Assembly (NCBI GenBank): GCA_965199955.1
Contig: CBDATQ010000001.1
Location: forward strand, 2,144,001-2,208,000
DNA: 64,000 nucleotides
Origin: Spirochaetia bacterium
Lineage (GTDB): Bacteria; Spirochaetota; Spirochaetia; SZUA-6; Bin103
Direction: 5' to 3'
This document shows positions 32,388 through 42,310 of the stretch, piece by piece. The translations under genes were made by a program, and so were the position numbers. Numbering within the stretch: position 1 is the first letter of the stretch; every line of letters starts with the position of its first letter. The notes under the pieces were generated by a model. The model saw only the letters and a program-made list of their open reading frames with translations. It did not search any database and was not told the DNA's origin.

Positions 32388-33513
32388 GCCTGACCGTGCT
32401 TGGCGACGCCCCTGTGTCGCCCAACCTGGCGGCCGCCGACCGCAGTTCGGTGTGCGCGTACCCGGTCGCGACCCGGTTGGCCGACGGCACGGTGTGCGCC
32501 CTCTACCGGCAAGGGTGCGACAAACACGGCGCCGACGGCCGGTTCCTGATGCAGCGCTCCGCCGACCGTGGTGCGATCTGGAGCGAACTCGTCGTGGTGC
32601 TGGACCGTGGCGGCCGGGTAATCGGCTCGCCCGCCGCGGACGGCCCCGCGCGCGTGCCGTCGATGGCCGGCCTGCTGCAGACGAGCAGCGGCGCGCTGGT
32701 CGCCAACTTCGGCGTGGTCGAGGGCTTGAGCGAGGGGACCTACATGTTCGCGGACGAAGCGCGCGATCTGCCCGTCCGCACGCTGCTCACCCGCAGCGAG
32801 GACGGCGGCACCACTTGGGCGGCGGCGGAAGTGTTGGACGACGCGCCGGCCGGTTCCTGTCCTGGCACCAAGCCGTTCCAGCGGTCAGCGGGGACGATCT
32901 GCATGCCGCTGGAGGTCGCCGGGGCGGTTCCGGGAGTGCCGGGCACGACGGCCGGAGCTTCGGGGGATTCGTCCGTTGCGCGGTCGACGACAGCGGGACT
33001 CTCGCTTGGTGCGACGGGCACTGCACGCAGCTCGACGACGGGCGCATCCTGCTGCTCCTGTGGACGTTCCGGGCTTCTGACGAGACGACGATCGACGTAC
33101 ACCGCTGCCATTCCGAGGACGGCGGGCGCACCTGGAGCAGACCGCTACCCACCGGCCTCGAAGGGCAGGTGACGGCTCCGCTCGCGCTGCCGGGCGGACC
33201 CGTAGTGGCCGCCAGCAATCGGCGCGTTACGCCGGACGGCATCCTGATCCACGTCTCCCACGACGGGGGCGACACCTGGGATCAGGATGCCTCGGTACGG
33301 ATGTGGGACGCGGCCGCCGAACGCACCGTGGCCGAGCCGGAGAGCGAAGCCAGCGTGCGCCATGGCGCAGGTATCTGGGCTGCGCTCGGCGGGTTCACCT
33401 TCGGCACACCGGACCTGACGCTGCTCGACGACGGCACCGTGCTGTTGGTTCACTACGCGACCGTCGAGGGCGTGACGCACGTACGCGCAGTCCGCTTCCG
33501 CTTCGATGGCTAG
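32384..33513 (+). pseudogene. BNR-repeat sialidase-fold protein, frameshifted near 32950
   Basis: Asp-boxes SADRGAIW and SEDGGTTW in one frame; SEDGGRTW, SHDGGDTW and FGTP in another. Confidence 0.75.
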
Positions 33514-34441
33514 GGTCCGAACGGTGACCGGCGGCGTGGACGCCCGTGACCTGGGCGTGGTCCTGCCCCACGAGCACCTGATCCACAGCGTCTCCGTCCA
33601 CTCCGGCCGGGCCGACAACACCTGCCTGGACGTGGAGCTGGCCGCCGCCGAATGCCGGCGCTTCCGCGAGGCGGGCGGAGGGGCGATCTGCGACGTCACG
33701 CCCCTCGGGCTGGGGCGCGACGTGGCGGCGCTGCGTGCCGTGAGCCAGGCATCCGGGGTGCCGGTCGTCTCCGCGCTCGGGCTCTACGACACCTGGACGC
33801 AGCCCGACGAGGTGCGCGGCCGTCCTGCCCGCGTGGTCGCCGACTACCTGGAGCGGGGTGTCGAAGGGTGCGGCCTGATCGGCGAGATCGCCAGCCACAA
33901 CGAATCCGGCCACGCCAACTGGCGGCGCTACACGCTTTACGCGTCGGAGCGCGACCTGTTCGCCGGCGCGGCGCACGCGCAGCGGCGCACCGGACTGGCG
34001 GTCACCACTCACGCCAGCCTGGGACGGGGAGGGGTCGCGCAGGCGCGCTGGCTGGTTGACTCCGGCGCGGATCCGGCCCGGGTGATCATCGGCCACTGCG
34101 ACGCACACCTGCACGACGAAGATGCGCTGGACCTGGACTACTACGATGCTCTGCTGGCGCTCGGAGTGTATCTGGAGTTCGACATGTTCGGCTGGGAGGA
34201 GCTGGCACCCGACGAGCTCCGTGCCCGGCGGATCGCGACGCTCTGCGCTGCCGGCCACGCCGGCCGGTTGCTGGTGTCCACCGACACTTGCCGCCGTTCC
34301 CAGCTTCATCGGTTCGGCGGGCGCGGCTTCGACTACCTGTTCGCAAGTGTCATCCCCGCTCTCCGCGCCGCCGGCGTCAGCCAAACCGACATCGACACGA
34401 TGACCCGAGACAACCCCGCCCTCCTGCTTGCCGTTCGCTGA
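33506..34441 (+). CDS. Phosphotriesterase (PTE/PHP) family protein
   Basis: VRTVTG, LPHEHL, GLGRD, IGEI, TTH, IGHCD, EFD, STD. Confidence 0.9.
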   Translation: MARVRTVTGGVDARDLGVVLPHEHLIHSVSVHSGRADNTCLDVELAAAECRRFREAGGGAICDVTPLGLGRDVAALRAVSQASGVPVVSALGLYDTWTQPDEVRGRPARVVADYLERGVEGCGLIGEIASHNESGHANWRRYTLYASERDLFAGAAHAQRRTGLAVTTHASLGRGGVAQARWLVDSGADPARVIIGHCDAHLHDEDALDLDYYDALLALGVYLEFDMFGWEELAPDELRARRIATLCAAGHAGRLLVSTDTCRRSQLHRFGGRGFDYLFASVIPALRAAGVSQTDIDTMTRDNPALLLAVR

Positions 34442-34466
34442 CCGAGACGGCTTGCCGAAGCCAGGA

Positions 34467-35393
34467 TTATGGACGGGACCGGCACTTGCTGACGGAGATA
34501 TTTACGGTGACTCGCGCTTCGGCGCCTGCGGCCAGCAGAGGAAGGGGCGACGCGTCGCGCCAGACTGGGTCCGCAAGGCGGGAAAAGCCGTCCAGTCCGG
34601 CGGTCCACGGCTCGACGCAGACGAAGGGCGCCGCCCGCGGTGAGTAGATCACGAGCTGCGTGATCGCTCCGTCGTAGCCGACCGCGATGCGCCGGCCGGC
34701 GCCGCGATCGGTGAGCACCGCCTCCGCGCCGCTCAGGTCCGTGAACACGTTGTCGTAGCTCGTCTCTGGGGCGAGGCGGAACGCTTCGGCCAGCGCTCGC
34801 GTGGCTCCGGACGGGACCAGCATCTCGGGGTCCAGCTCGACGGCCCGGGAGGCGGGCAGGGCGAGCGACACCCCATCGCGGCCGGGGTTGGAGATCGCCA
34901 GGTACGGGTGCGCACCGAACGCGTAGGGTGCGGGAGTGTCGCTCAGGTTGCGCACGCACAGCTCGATCTCCACCCGGCGTGCCGTCAGGGACAGCTCCAG
35001 GCGCAGCGCGACCGGCCACGGATAGCTCGCCCGCATCAACGCATCGGTGACCTCGACGGCATAGATCAGGGTGACGTATTCCGCTGACCGGTCGACCTGC
35101 GGCGGGCCGATCCGGCAGCGGTCCAGGAACCCGTGAATGGGCATCGACAGCGGCGCCTCATGACCGGCGAGCCGGTAGCCGTCAGCCGCCGGCGGCTCGA
35201 CCGAACGGTCCCAGGTCCTGCCCACCGCCGGGAACAGCAGCGGATTGCCGCCGGCGTAGGGGAGCCCCCGCTCCGGGAAGCCGCCGGGCCGATGGAACAC
35301 GTCGCGGCCGTCCACCACCCAGGAGAACACGTTGCAGCCCAGCTCCCGCGCGATGGCGAACTCGGAGCCGCCGACCGTGAAGCGGTCGATCAT
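34467..35393 (-). CDS. Aldose 1-epimerase family protein
   Basis: GNPLLFP…GR, PIHGF, FGAHPY, YDNVF, FVCVEPW. Confidence 0.88.
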   Translation of the reverse strand: MIDRFTVGGSEFAIARELGCNVFSWVVDGRDVFHRPGGFPERGLPYAGGNPLLFPAVGRTWDRSVEPPAADGYRLAGHEAPLSMPIHGFLDRCRIGPPQVDRSAEYVTLIYAVEVTDALMRASYPWPVALRLELSLTARRVEIELCVRNLSDTPAPYAFGAHPYLAISNPGRDGVSLALPASRAVELDPEMLVPSGATRALAEAFRLAPETSYDNVFTDLSGAEAVLTDRGAGRRIAVGYDGAITQLVIYSPRAAPFVCVEPWTAGLDGFSRLADPVWRDASPLPLLAAGAEARVTVNISVSKCRSRP

Positions 35394-35456
35394 GCCCCGC
35401 CCCCCTGCACCGGGGGCCGGTTGCCGGCCGCGGACCTCCTCGCTACAACCATCCCC

Positions 35457-37157
35457 ATGCGTACCGTTCCCGAATCGCGGAAGTACATCATCGCCGACCA
35501 CAATACCGCCACGACCGCCGATCTGCCGCCCTGCCCGAACCCGCTCGGGTGGTACCACTCGGTCGCCGGCATCAAGAACACCGGCGACGGCCTGGTCGCC
35601 ACCTACCGGCTGTCCGACTCGCACACGGCGGTGTACACGCACATCATGGCCGCCCGCTCCCGCGACGGCGGCCGGACGTGGTCGGAGCACCGCTCCATCT
35701 CGGACCGCAACGTCTGGGAGCACCACGCCTGCTGGGTCGCCCCGCAGCTCAGCCGCCTGTCCGACGGGCGGCTGGTGATCGTCTGCGACGAGGGGCAACG
35801 CACCAGCGGCACCGACTGGCCGATGCTGACCCGCTGGCAGCAGCGGCCGCCGCGCGGCATGGCCAACTACCTGTTCTGGAGCGACGACCACGGGGCCACC
35901 TGGAGCGATCCGGTGCGGATCGACGACGTCGGCGGCGAGCCCGGTTACATCACCGAGCTGGCCGATGGAACGCTGCTGTACACGCGGACCGAGTCCAAGC
36001 GGTTCGCCGCGATGGAGGATCCGCCCGAGCCCTGGAACGACATCTACTACCGCAACCAGGCCGTCATCTCCACCGACGGAGGCCGCACCTGGGCACCCGG
36101 CGGGCTGGTGACCGATGCTCCGTACCACGGCGACGCCGAGGTCGGCACCGTGGAGGTCGAGCCCGGGCACCTGCTGGCGGTGACCCGCATCGGCTTCTCC
36201 GGCGGCAAGCTGGGCCAGCCCAGCCGCTTCGTCCGCAGCTACGACGGCGGCCGCACTTGGCAGACCCCGGAGCTGTCGCCGATCTACGGGCAGCGCACCG
36301 TGGTCCGCGCGCTGCGCTCGGGCAAGCTGCTGTGCACCTACCGCCACCGCTGGGGCACGCCGGCGAGCTGCGCGTTCATGTGGGACCCGGGCGAGGAGCT
36401 CGGCTTCCAGCCGACCTCCTACCTCTGCGATCGTGACCGCTGCGGCCTGGAGGACGGCGTGATGGTGTGCCGCACCGAGAGCGGCCGGCAGCACGAGGTC
36501 GAATTCTCACTGTACCCGGCCATGACCTCGAAGGCCGAGGTTTCGCTGGAGGTCGAGCTGAGCCGGGAGCGCGGCGGCGGCGCCGTGCTGCTGTCGGCCG
36601 GCTTCGGCGTGCGCGTCGAGGACGGCTGCGTGCGGCTGGTGCAGTTCGCGACGAAACGGCACGAGACCGGCTCCCTGGAGGACGCGACCCCGTGGCAGGG
36701 CCGCGGCGCCAGCCACTGCGAGATGGACACCGGCGGCTTCCACCGCTACCGCCTGGAGCGCACCCCCGACGCCTGCCGCCTGCTGGTGGACGGTCAGGTC
36801 GCCCTGGCCAGCGACGACCCTGACCTGCGGCAGCGCGTGGTCCGCTTCGGCTCCGGAGGCTCGCTGACCTCCCGCTGGCGCAACGCGAGCGCGCGCGTGC
36901 ACAACCCCGACGACTACTCGATCGACTGGTCCTGGGACAGCGCGACCGGGTTTCCCGATCAGTTCGAGCGCGACCGCGTGGTGGTCCTCGACTACACCTC
37001 CGACTCGGGATACAGCGACTGGACCCAGGCCGACGACGGCACCATCGTCGTGGCCGACTACTCCAGCGCCGATTTCCGGACCATCAACACCGGCGGACCG
37101 CAGCCGGTGCTGAAGGCCTTTCACCTGACCGCTGAGGACCTGGCTCCGGCCGGATGA
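35457..37157 (+). CDS. BNR-repeat sialidase-fold protein with an inserted beta-sandwich domain
   Basis: Asp-boxes SRDGGRTW, SDDHGATW, STDGGRTW, SYDGGRTW; C-terminal DSGYS. Confidence 0.8.
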   Translation: MRTVPESRKYIIADHNTATTADLPPCPNPLGWYHSVAGIKNTGDGLVATYRLSDSHTAVYTHIMAARSRDGGRTWSEHRSISDRNVWEHHACWVAPQLSRLSDGRLVIVCDEGQRTSGTDWPMLTRWQQRPPRGMANYLFWSDDHGATWSDPVRIDDVGGEPGYITELADGTLLYTRTESKRFAAMEDPPEPWNDIYYRNQAVISTDGGRTWAPGGLVTDAPYHGDAEVGTVEVEPGHLLAVTRIGFSGGKLGQPSRFVRSYDGGRTWQTPELSPIYGQRTVVRALRSGKLLCTYRHRWGTPASCAFMWDPGEELGFQPTSYLCDRDRCGLEDGVMVCRTESGRQHEVEFSLYPAMTSKAEVSLEVELSRERGGGAVLLSAGFGVRVEDGCVRLVQFATKRHETGSLEDATPWQGRGASHCEMDTGGFHRYRLERTPDACRLLVDGQVALASDDPDLRQRVVRFGSGGSLTSRWRNASARVHNPDDYSIDWSWDSATGFPDQFERDRVVVLDYTSDSGYSDWTQADDGTIVVADYSSADFRTINTGGPQPVLKAFHLTAEDLAPAG

Positions 37158-38746
37158 GCGCCCGCACGGCGAGCGAATCGCACTACGACACCGTCATCGT
37201 CGGCGCCGGTGCGGCCGGGTCGGTGCTCGCCGCCCGGCTGAGCCGCGACGACCGGCGCCGGCTGCTGCTCGTCGAGGCCGGTCCCGACTTCCCGGCCGGG
37301 AACCTGCCGCAGGAGATCCGCTACGGCTGGGGCCGCCACCGCGACGCCTGGGCGCTGGCCTTCGGGTACGAGACGAGGTTCGGCTGGGGCTACCGGGCGC
37401 GCGCCACCCGCCACCAGCCGGACATGTTCGTGCCGCGCGGCAGGATCGTCGGCGGGTCGAGCGCCGTCAACGCGCTGATCTTCCTGCGCGGCGTGCCGGA
37501 GGACTACGACGGCTGGGCGGAGGCGGGCTGTCCCGGCTGGAGCTTCGACGAGGTGCTGCCCAGCCTGCGCCGCGTCGAGACCGACCACGACTTCCGCGAC
37601 CCGTACCACGGCAGCGACGGACCGATCCCCGTGCGCCGCTTCCCGCAGGCGGAGTTGCGCCCGGAGCAGCAGGCGTTCCTCGACGCCTGCCGCGATGCCG
37701 GCTACGACGCCTGCCCGGACCACAACGCGCCGCAGTCGACCGGGTTCGGCCCGCTGCCGTTCAACAGCATCGGCGGCGTCCGCTGGAGCGCCGCCATGGG
37801 CTACCTGGCCCCGGTCCGCGGCCGATCCACCCTGACCATCCTGCCGGACAGCCTGATCCACCGTCTGCTGATCGAGCGCGGACGGGCGACAGGGGTCGTG
37901 CTGCGGGGGCCGGGAGCAGGCGAGGGCGAGCTGCAGGCCGTGTACGGCGACGAGATCGTCGTGGCCGCCGGCGCGATCGGCACGCCGCACCTGCTGCTCC
38001 GCTCCGGCATCGGCCCGGCCGACCACCTGCGCCAGGTCGGGGTGCCGGTCGTCTGCGACCTGCGCGGGGTCGGCGCCAACCTGCGCGACCACCCGCAGGT
38101 GTCGGTCACCGCCCGCACCCCGGAATCCTACCGCCACGACGACACGGCGCCGCGGCTGCAGACCGCGCTGCGCTACACGGCCGCGGGGTCGCCGCTGCGC
38201 AACGACATGATCCTGCTGCCGACCGGGTGGGCCAAGACGGAGGGATACTTCCCGCGCTCGCGATCGGCGGCGATCGGCTTCCACCTGGTGCCCGCGCTCT
38301 ACCTTGCCGCCTCCGCCGGCAGCGTCCGCCTGCGTTCGCCGCGCGCCGAGGATCCCCCGGAGCTGGACTACAACCTGCTCGGCGCGCCCGTGGACCGGGA
38401 GCGGATGCGGGAAGGGGTCCGCATCGCGATCGACCTGCTGCGGCGCCCGAGCTTCCAGCCGCTGGTGGACGAGGTGATCCATCCCACCCCTGCCGAGCTG
38501 GCGAGCGACGCGGCCCTGGACGACTGGCTCCTGCGCACTACGGCCACCAGCCACCACGTCTCGTCGACCTGCCGCATGGGAGCTGCCGACGACCCGAATA
38601 GTGTCGTCGACCGGGAAGGCCGCGTGTACGGCGTCGACCGGCTGCGGATCGCGGATGCATCCATCATGCCCGACTGCGTGCGGGCCAACACCAACTGCAC
38701 GTCGATGGCGATCGGCGAACGGATCGCCGATTTCATGCTGAGATAG
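37154..38746 (+). CDS. GMC family oxidoreductase (choline dehydrogenase/MftG-like)
   Basis: GAGAAG, GRIVGGSSAVN, AGAIGTPHLLLRSGIG, HHVSSTCRMG, ADASIMP…ANTN. Confidence 0.93.
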   Translation: MSARTASESHYDTVIVGAGAAGSVLAARLSRDDRRRLLLVEAGPDFPAGNLPQEIRYGWGRHRDAWALAFGYETRFGWGYRARATRHQPDMFVPRGRIVGGSSAVNALIFLRGVPEDYDGWAEAGCPGWSFDEVLPSLRRVETDHDFRDPYHGSDGPIPVRRFPQAELRPEQQAFLDACRDAGYDACPDHNAPQSTGFGPLPFNSIGGVRWSAAMGYLAPVRGRSTLTILPDSLIHRLLIERGRATGVVLRGPGAGEGELQAVYGDEIVVAAGAIGTPHLLLRSGIGPADHLRQVGVPVVCDLRGVGANLRDHPQVSVTARTPESYRHDDTAPRLQTALRYTAAGSPLRNDMILLPTGWAKTEGYFPRSRSAAIGFHLVPALYLAASAGSVRLRSPRAEDPPELDYNLLGAPVDRERMREGVRIAIDLLRRPSFQPLVDEVIHPTPAELASDAALDDWLLRTTATSHHVSSTCRMGAADDPNSVVDREGRVYGVDRLRIADASIMPDCVRANTNCTSMAIGERIADFMLR

Positions 38747-38762
38747 GTCCTCGATCGGGAAT

Positions 38763-38778
38763 ACTTGGTAAAACAGGT
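38763..38778 (+). repeat. Left copy of a 16-bp imperfect direct repeat (att-like)
   Basis: ACTTGGTAAAACAGGT; 15/16 identical to 41023-41038. Confidence 0.65.
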
Positions 38779-38934
38779 GGCGGCCGAGCCGGGACCGTCT
38801 GCGGGCTCCTTTCGCGTTCCGTGGCCCTATGCCCGCCGCCTCATCGCAGTCCGACGCGTCCGACGGAACGAACGCCGTATTCGCCTCGTGGCGTTCGTGA
38901 CGGCAGCCATGTGAACAGGCGACACTCAGCGGAG

Positions 38935-40133
38935 ATGCCCTTCTTCAACACTACGGGGCCGGTCGTCGCCGCCGATCACTACTGCATCCCGCCGCTGCAG
39001 CGCGTGAACCTGGAAGAGGTGCTGGCGCTGATCCGGGACAAGCGCTACTTCGTGCTGCACGCACCGCGGCAGACCGGCAAGACCTCCGCCCTGTTGGCGC
39101 TGCGCGACCTGTTGAACGGGGGGTCCGTGGGCGCCTACCGCTGCGTGTACGTGAACGTGGAGTCCGGCCAGACGGCACGCGAGAACGTGGAGCGGGGCAT
39201 GCGAGCCATCCTTGGATCGCTGGGGACGCGGACGCGCCGGACCCTGGGGGACGAGTCCCTGGCGCGCCTCTGGCCCGACGTCCTGACCACGTTCGGCCTG
39301 GAGGGGGCGCTGCAGGAAGTGCTAGTGCGCTGGGCGGAGGCCGACCCCACGCCAACGGTGCTCATGATCGACGAGATCGACACGCAGGACGGCGACACGC
39401 TGATCGCCGTCCTGCGCCAGTTGCGCGCCGGGTACGACGAGCGTCCGGACGGCTTCCCGCAGAGCGTGATCCTGTGCGGCGTCCGCGACGTGCGTGACTA
39501 CCGCATCCGTTCCTCCGCAGAAAACACGGTCATCACCGGCGGCAGCGCGTTCAACGTCAAGGCGGCGTCATTGCGCATCGGCGACTTCTCGGAGACGGAC
39601 GGCATCTGGTCGCGCAACACACCGCCGAGACCGGACAGCCGTTCGCCGAAGCGGCGTTGCAGGAGGCATGGGCGCTGACCTCCGGCCAGCCGTGGCTGGT
39701 CAACGCCCTGGCCCAGGAGGCGTGTTTCGCCGACGCAGCGGGCCGTGACCGCAGCCGGGTCATCACGGCCGAGGCGATCCACGCCGCCCGCGAGCGGATC
39801 ATCCTGCGTCGCGAGACCCATCTCGACCAGCTCACCGACAAGCTGCAGGAGGAACGCGTCAAGCGGGTGATCGCCCCGTTGCTGAGCGGCAGCGACGCGG
39901 CCGAAACCATCCGCCCGGACGACCTTCAGTACGTTCGCGACCTGGGACTGGTGGCGCGCGATACGCCGGTGCGCATCGCCAACCCCATCTACCGCGAGGT
40001 GATCCCGCGCGACCTCACCTGGACCACGCAGGAGTACCTGCCGCACGACCCTGCCTGGTACGTGGATACCGACGACGCCTTGAACCTCACCGGACTGCTG
40101 ACCGCCTTCCAGGGGTTCTTCCGCGAGCACTGG
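38935..40133 (+). pseudogene. AAA-like (AAA_35-type) ATPase, frameshifted and 3'-truncated
   Basis: FFNTTGP, HAPRQTGKTS, LMIDEID, SAFNVK; shift near 39600; GQPWLVNAL, RRETHLDQL, IANPIYREV; similarity ends abruptly at FFREHW. Confidence 0.85.
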
Positions 40134-40686
40134 AACTTCCTGCATCGCCGCCGAGGAGTTGCATCACCGGCGCTCGTTCGATCTGGACTTCCACACGCGC
40201 CAGGCGATGGCAGACACTCGTCCGATATTCGAGGGCCGCTTCCAGGTCCTGCAGGTTCCGGACGAGTTCGGGTCCGCGTTTCGGGGGGTGCTGACGCTCG
40301 ACTCGGGGGAGAAGATCACCCTGGAAGTGCTCTCCAACTTTCAGGATACGGATCCTTCCGAGCTGGTCGCTGCTACGCTGGCGCCGGCGTTCCGCAGGAT
40401 TACCCTGCGCCGCTATGTGGAGGACAAGGTACAGTGCCTCGTAGAGCGTGCCGAGGCGCGCGACCTGGTCGATCTTCGCGCCACGCTGACCCTTCGCCCC
40501 GAGCTCGAAGGTTTCATTCGCCAAGTGGTCGCAGGCCAGGATGCCCTGCTGCTCTCGGAACGGCTGCTGGCGTGGGATGACGGTGGCATCCGGCAGGATC
40601 TCTCGTCGTACGAGGATGTCGATCCGCGGCATGCTTCCGCCATGAGAGACCTGCTGCTGTCCTGGCTGAAGGAGGCAAACCGTTGA
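40132..40686 (+). pseudogene. AbiEii/AbiGii-type nucleotidyltransferase, 5'-truncated
   Basis: In-frame GTSCIAAEELHHRRSFDLDF (GGT…HRxSxDLDF motif) and DKVQCLVERAEARDLVDL; no start upstream of the GT motif. Confidence 0.75.
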
Positions 40687-40976
40687 AGCGGTCGTTGCCT
40701 TATGTCGAACGGGCTTCGACGGCAGACGTGCGGCGGCGTGACGGCACCGTTCTCCGTGTCCCCGTGATCACGGGCATTCTCAAGCACCTCCCGCAGGACC
40801 GGCTCCCGATCCTCCTACGCAGGCCCGAAGTGCTCCGCAAGTACACGCGCGAAGCGCTGCGTGTTGCCGGATGGTCGTTGCTCCGCCGGTTTACGCGCGA
40901 CTGGCTGCTTGAGAATCTGCCGGATGCAGACGTTCGACCGAGCCGAGCCGCCGCGATCCGGTTTCTCCTTTCCTGA
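40683..40976 (+). CDS. Small basic hypothetical protein coupled to the nucleotidyltransferase (candidate antitoxin)
   Basis: TTG start overlaps the upstream TGA; AGGAGG SD about 7 nt upstream; 97 aa. Confidence 0.65.
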   Translation: MKRSLPYVERASTADVRRRDGTVLRVPVITGILKHLPQDRLPILLRRPEVLRKYTREALRVAGWSLLRRFTRDWLLENLPDADVRPSRAAAIRFLLS

Positions 40977-41022
40977 GAGCGGCGACCGACATCGGCCGAC
41001 CGACCACCTGCGCGCGGAACGA

Positions 41023-41038
41023 ACTTGGTAAACCAGGT
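41023..41038 (+). repeat. Right copy of the 16-bp imperfect direct repeat (att-like)
   Basis: ACTTGGTAAACCAGGT; quasi-palindromic. Confidence 0.65.
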
Positions 41039-41090
41039 AACCGACCGCGAGGTGCGGTTCTGGGCGCTCCTTGGCGTTTCCGGCGCTCGT

Positions 41091-42074
41091 TCAGGCGCAG
41101 TCGGGATGGCCTTCGGTCCAGCGGCCGAACGGCACGTCGGTCTGCCCGCCCTGGTTGATGGTGGCCATGCGCGACCGTGCCTGCTCCCAGCTCGCCCGCC
41201 ACTGATCGCCGTCGCGCAGCTCCAGGTGCGAGGCCTTGCGGCTGCGCGCGACGAAGCCGGGAAACGCCTCGCGGCCGGTGTGCTGGCCGATCGGATTGTA
41301 GCGCAGGTCGAAGCTCCACCGGACCTCCTCGCTGACGTTGGCCAGCGAGCCGTGCACGGTCTGCTTGTGGAAGCAGATCAGGTCGCCGCGCCTGGTGGGC
41401 AGGGGAATGGTCTTCTCCGTCTCGAACAGCTTCTCGGGGATGCTCCTCGCGCCCGGGCCGGGGTGGTTCAGACAGTGCGTCAACAGGCCGTTGCGGTGGC
41501 TGCCGGGCACCACCTTGAGGCAGCCCATCTCCACCGGCGTGTCGGTGAGGCTGAACCAGACGGTGAGCATGTCGGTCTCGTCCGCATCCTCGGTGACCAC
41601 GCCGTTGTCCTGGTGCCACTCGGTGGCGGCGAGCACGGCTTTGCCGTTGTGTTTCGGCAGGTACTGCTCCGGCGGCTTGATGCGCACGTGCTGCACGGGG
41701 TTGGAGTAGATCTCCGGGCCGATCAGCGATTCGATCACGTCCAGGACCGGCTCCGCCGTCAGGGCGTCGAGCACCGCCTGGCCGGCCCAGAACGGCGTCT
41801 TCTCGGTCACGTCACTGAACGGCAGCGAGAAGTCGAAGTACTGGGCGTGCGCGCGGCCGGTCTCCGCGTAGATCCGCGTCACCCGCTTGTCGAACGGCAG
41901 GTCCGCGAAGGTGGAGTCGATCTCGCCGTCGCGGTACAACTCGTCGGCCAGGTTGTCGAGCACGCCTGCGTACTCGTGGATCACCGGGTCGAGATAGCGC
42001 TCCGGCGGAATGACGTCCTCCACCAGCAGGTAGCCGTCGGCGTGGAACCGTTCGATCTGCTGCGCTGTCAGCAT
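41091..42074 (-). CDS. Phytanoyl-CoA dioxygenase family protein
   Basis: MLTAQQIERFHADGY, WHQD, GCLKVVPGSH, TVHGS, RWSFDLRY. Confidence 0.92.
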   Translation of the reverse strand: MLTAQQIERFHADGYLLVEDVIPPERYLDPVIHEYAGVLDNLADELYRDGEIDSTFADLPFDKRVTRIYAETGRAHAQYFDFSLPFSDVTEKTPFWAGQAVLDALTAEPVLDVIESLIGPEIYSNPVQHVRIKPPEQYLPKHNGKAVLAATEWHQDNGVVTEDADETDMLTVWFSLTDTPVEMGCLKVVPGSHRNGLLTHCLNHPGPGARSIPEKLFETEKTIPLPTRRGDLICFHKQTVHGSLANVSEEVRWSFDLRYNPIGQHTGREAFPGFVARSRKASHLELRDGDQWRASWEQARSRMATINQGGQTDVPFGRWTEGHPDCA

Positions 42075-42310
42075 GCCAAAACCTCCTCGGCAAGGGTCGT
42101 CCTTGGTCGAACCGTCCACGATCATGTGACGCCGAACGGCGTTGCGCAACCGTCGCCGCCGGCCGAACCTTGACCGCCATCCGCGGCCACCCGACAAGGC
42201 CGCTCGGTTCCCGGCGTATGTGCTCGCGTGGCGACGCGCAACTCCGACCGAGACGACGCTACGCGGCGACTATGCACCGCCGAAGACGAGTTTCCGAACG
42301 GAGGAGTGCG

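Noticed and set aside
37154..38746. Mycofactocin system (MftG-like GMC oxidoreductase)
   Set aside because: No mftA-F genes in the window; GMC motifs alone do not specify that pathway.
42141..42150. Perfect palindrome GTTGCGCAAC upstream of the decayed ABC operon, and TTGCGTCAACGCAA at 48302-48315
   Set aside because: Could be operators, but they are short, differ from each other, and no regulator gene is in the window.
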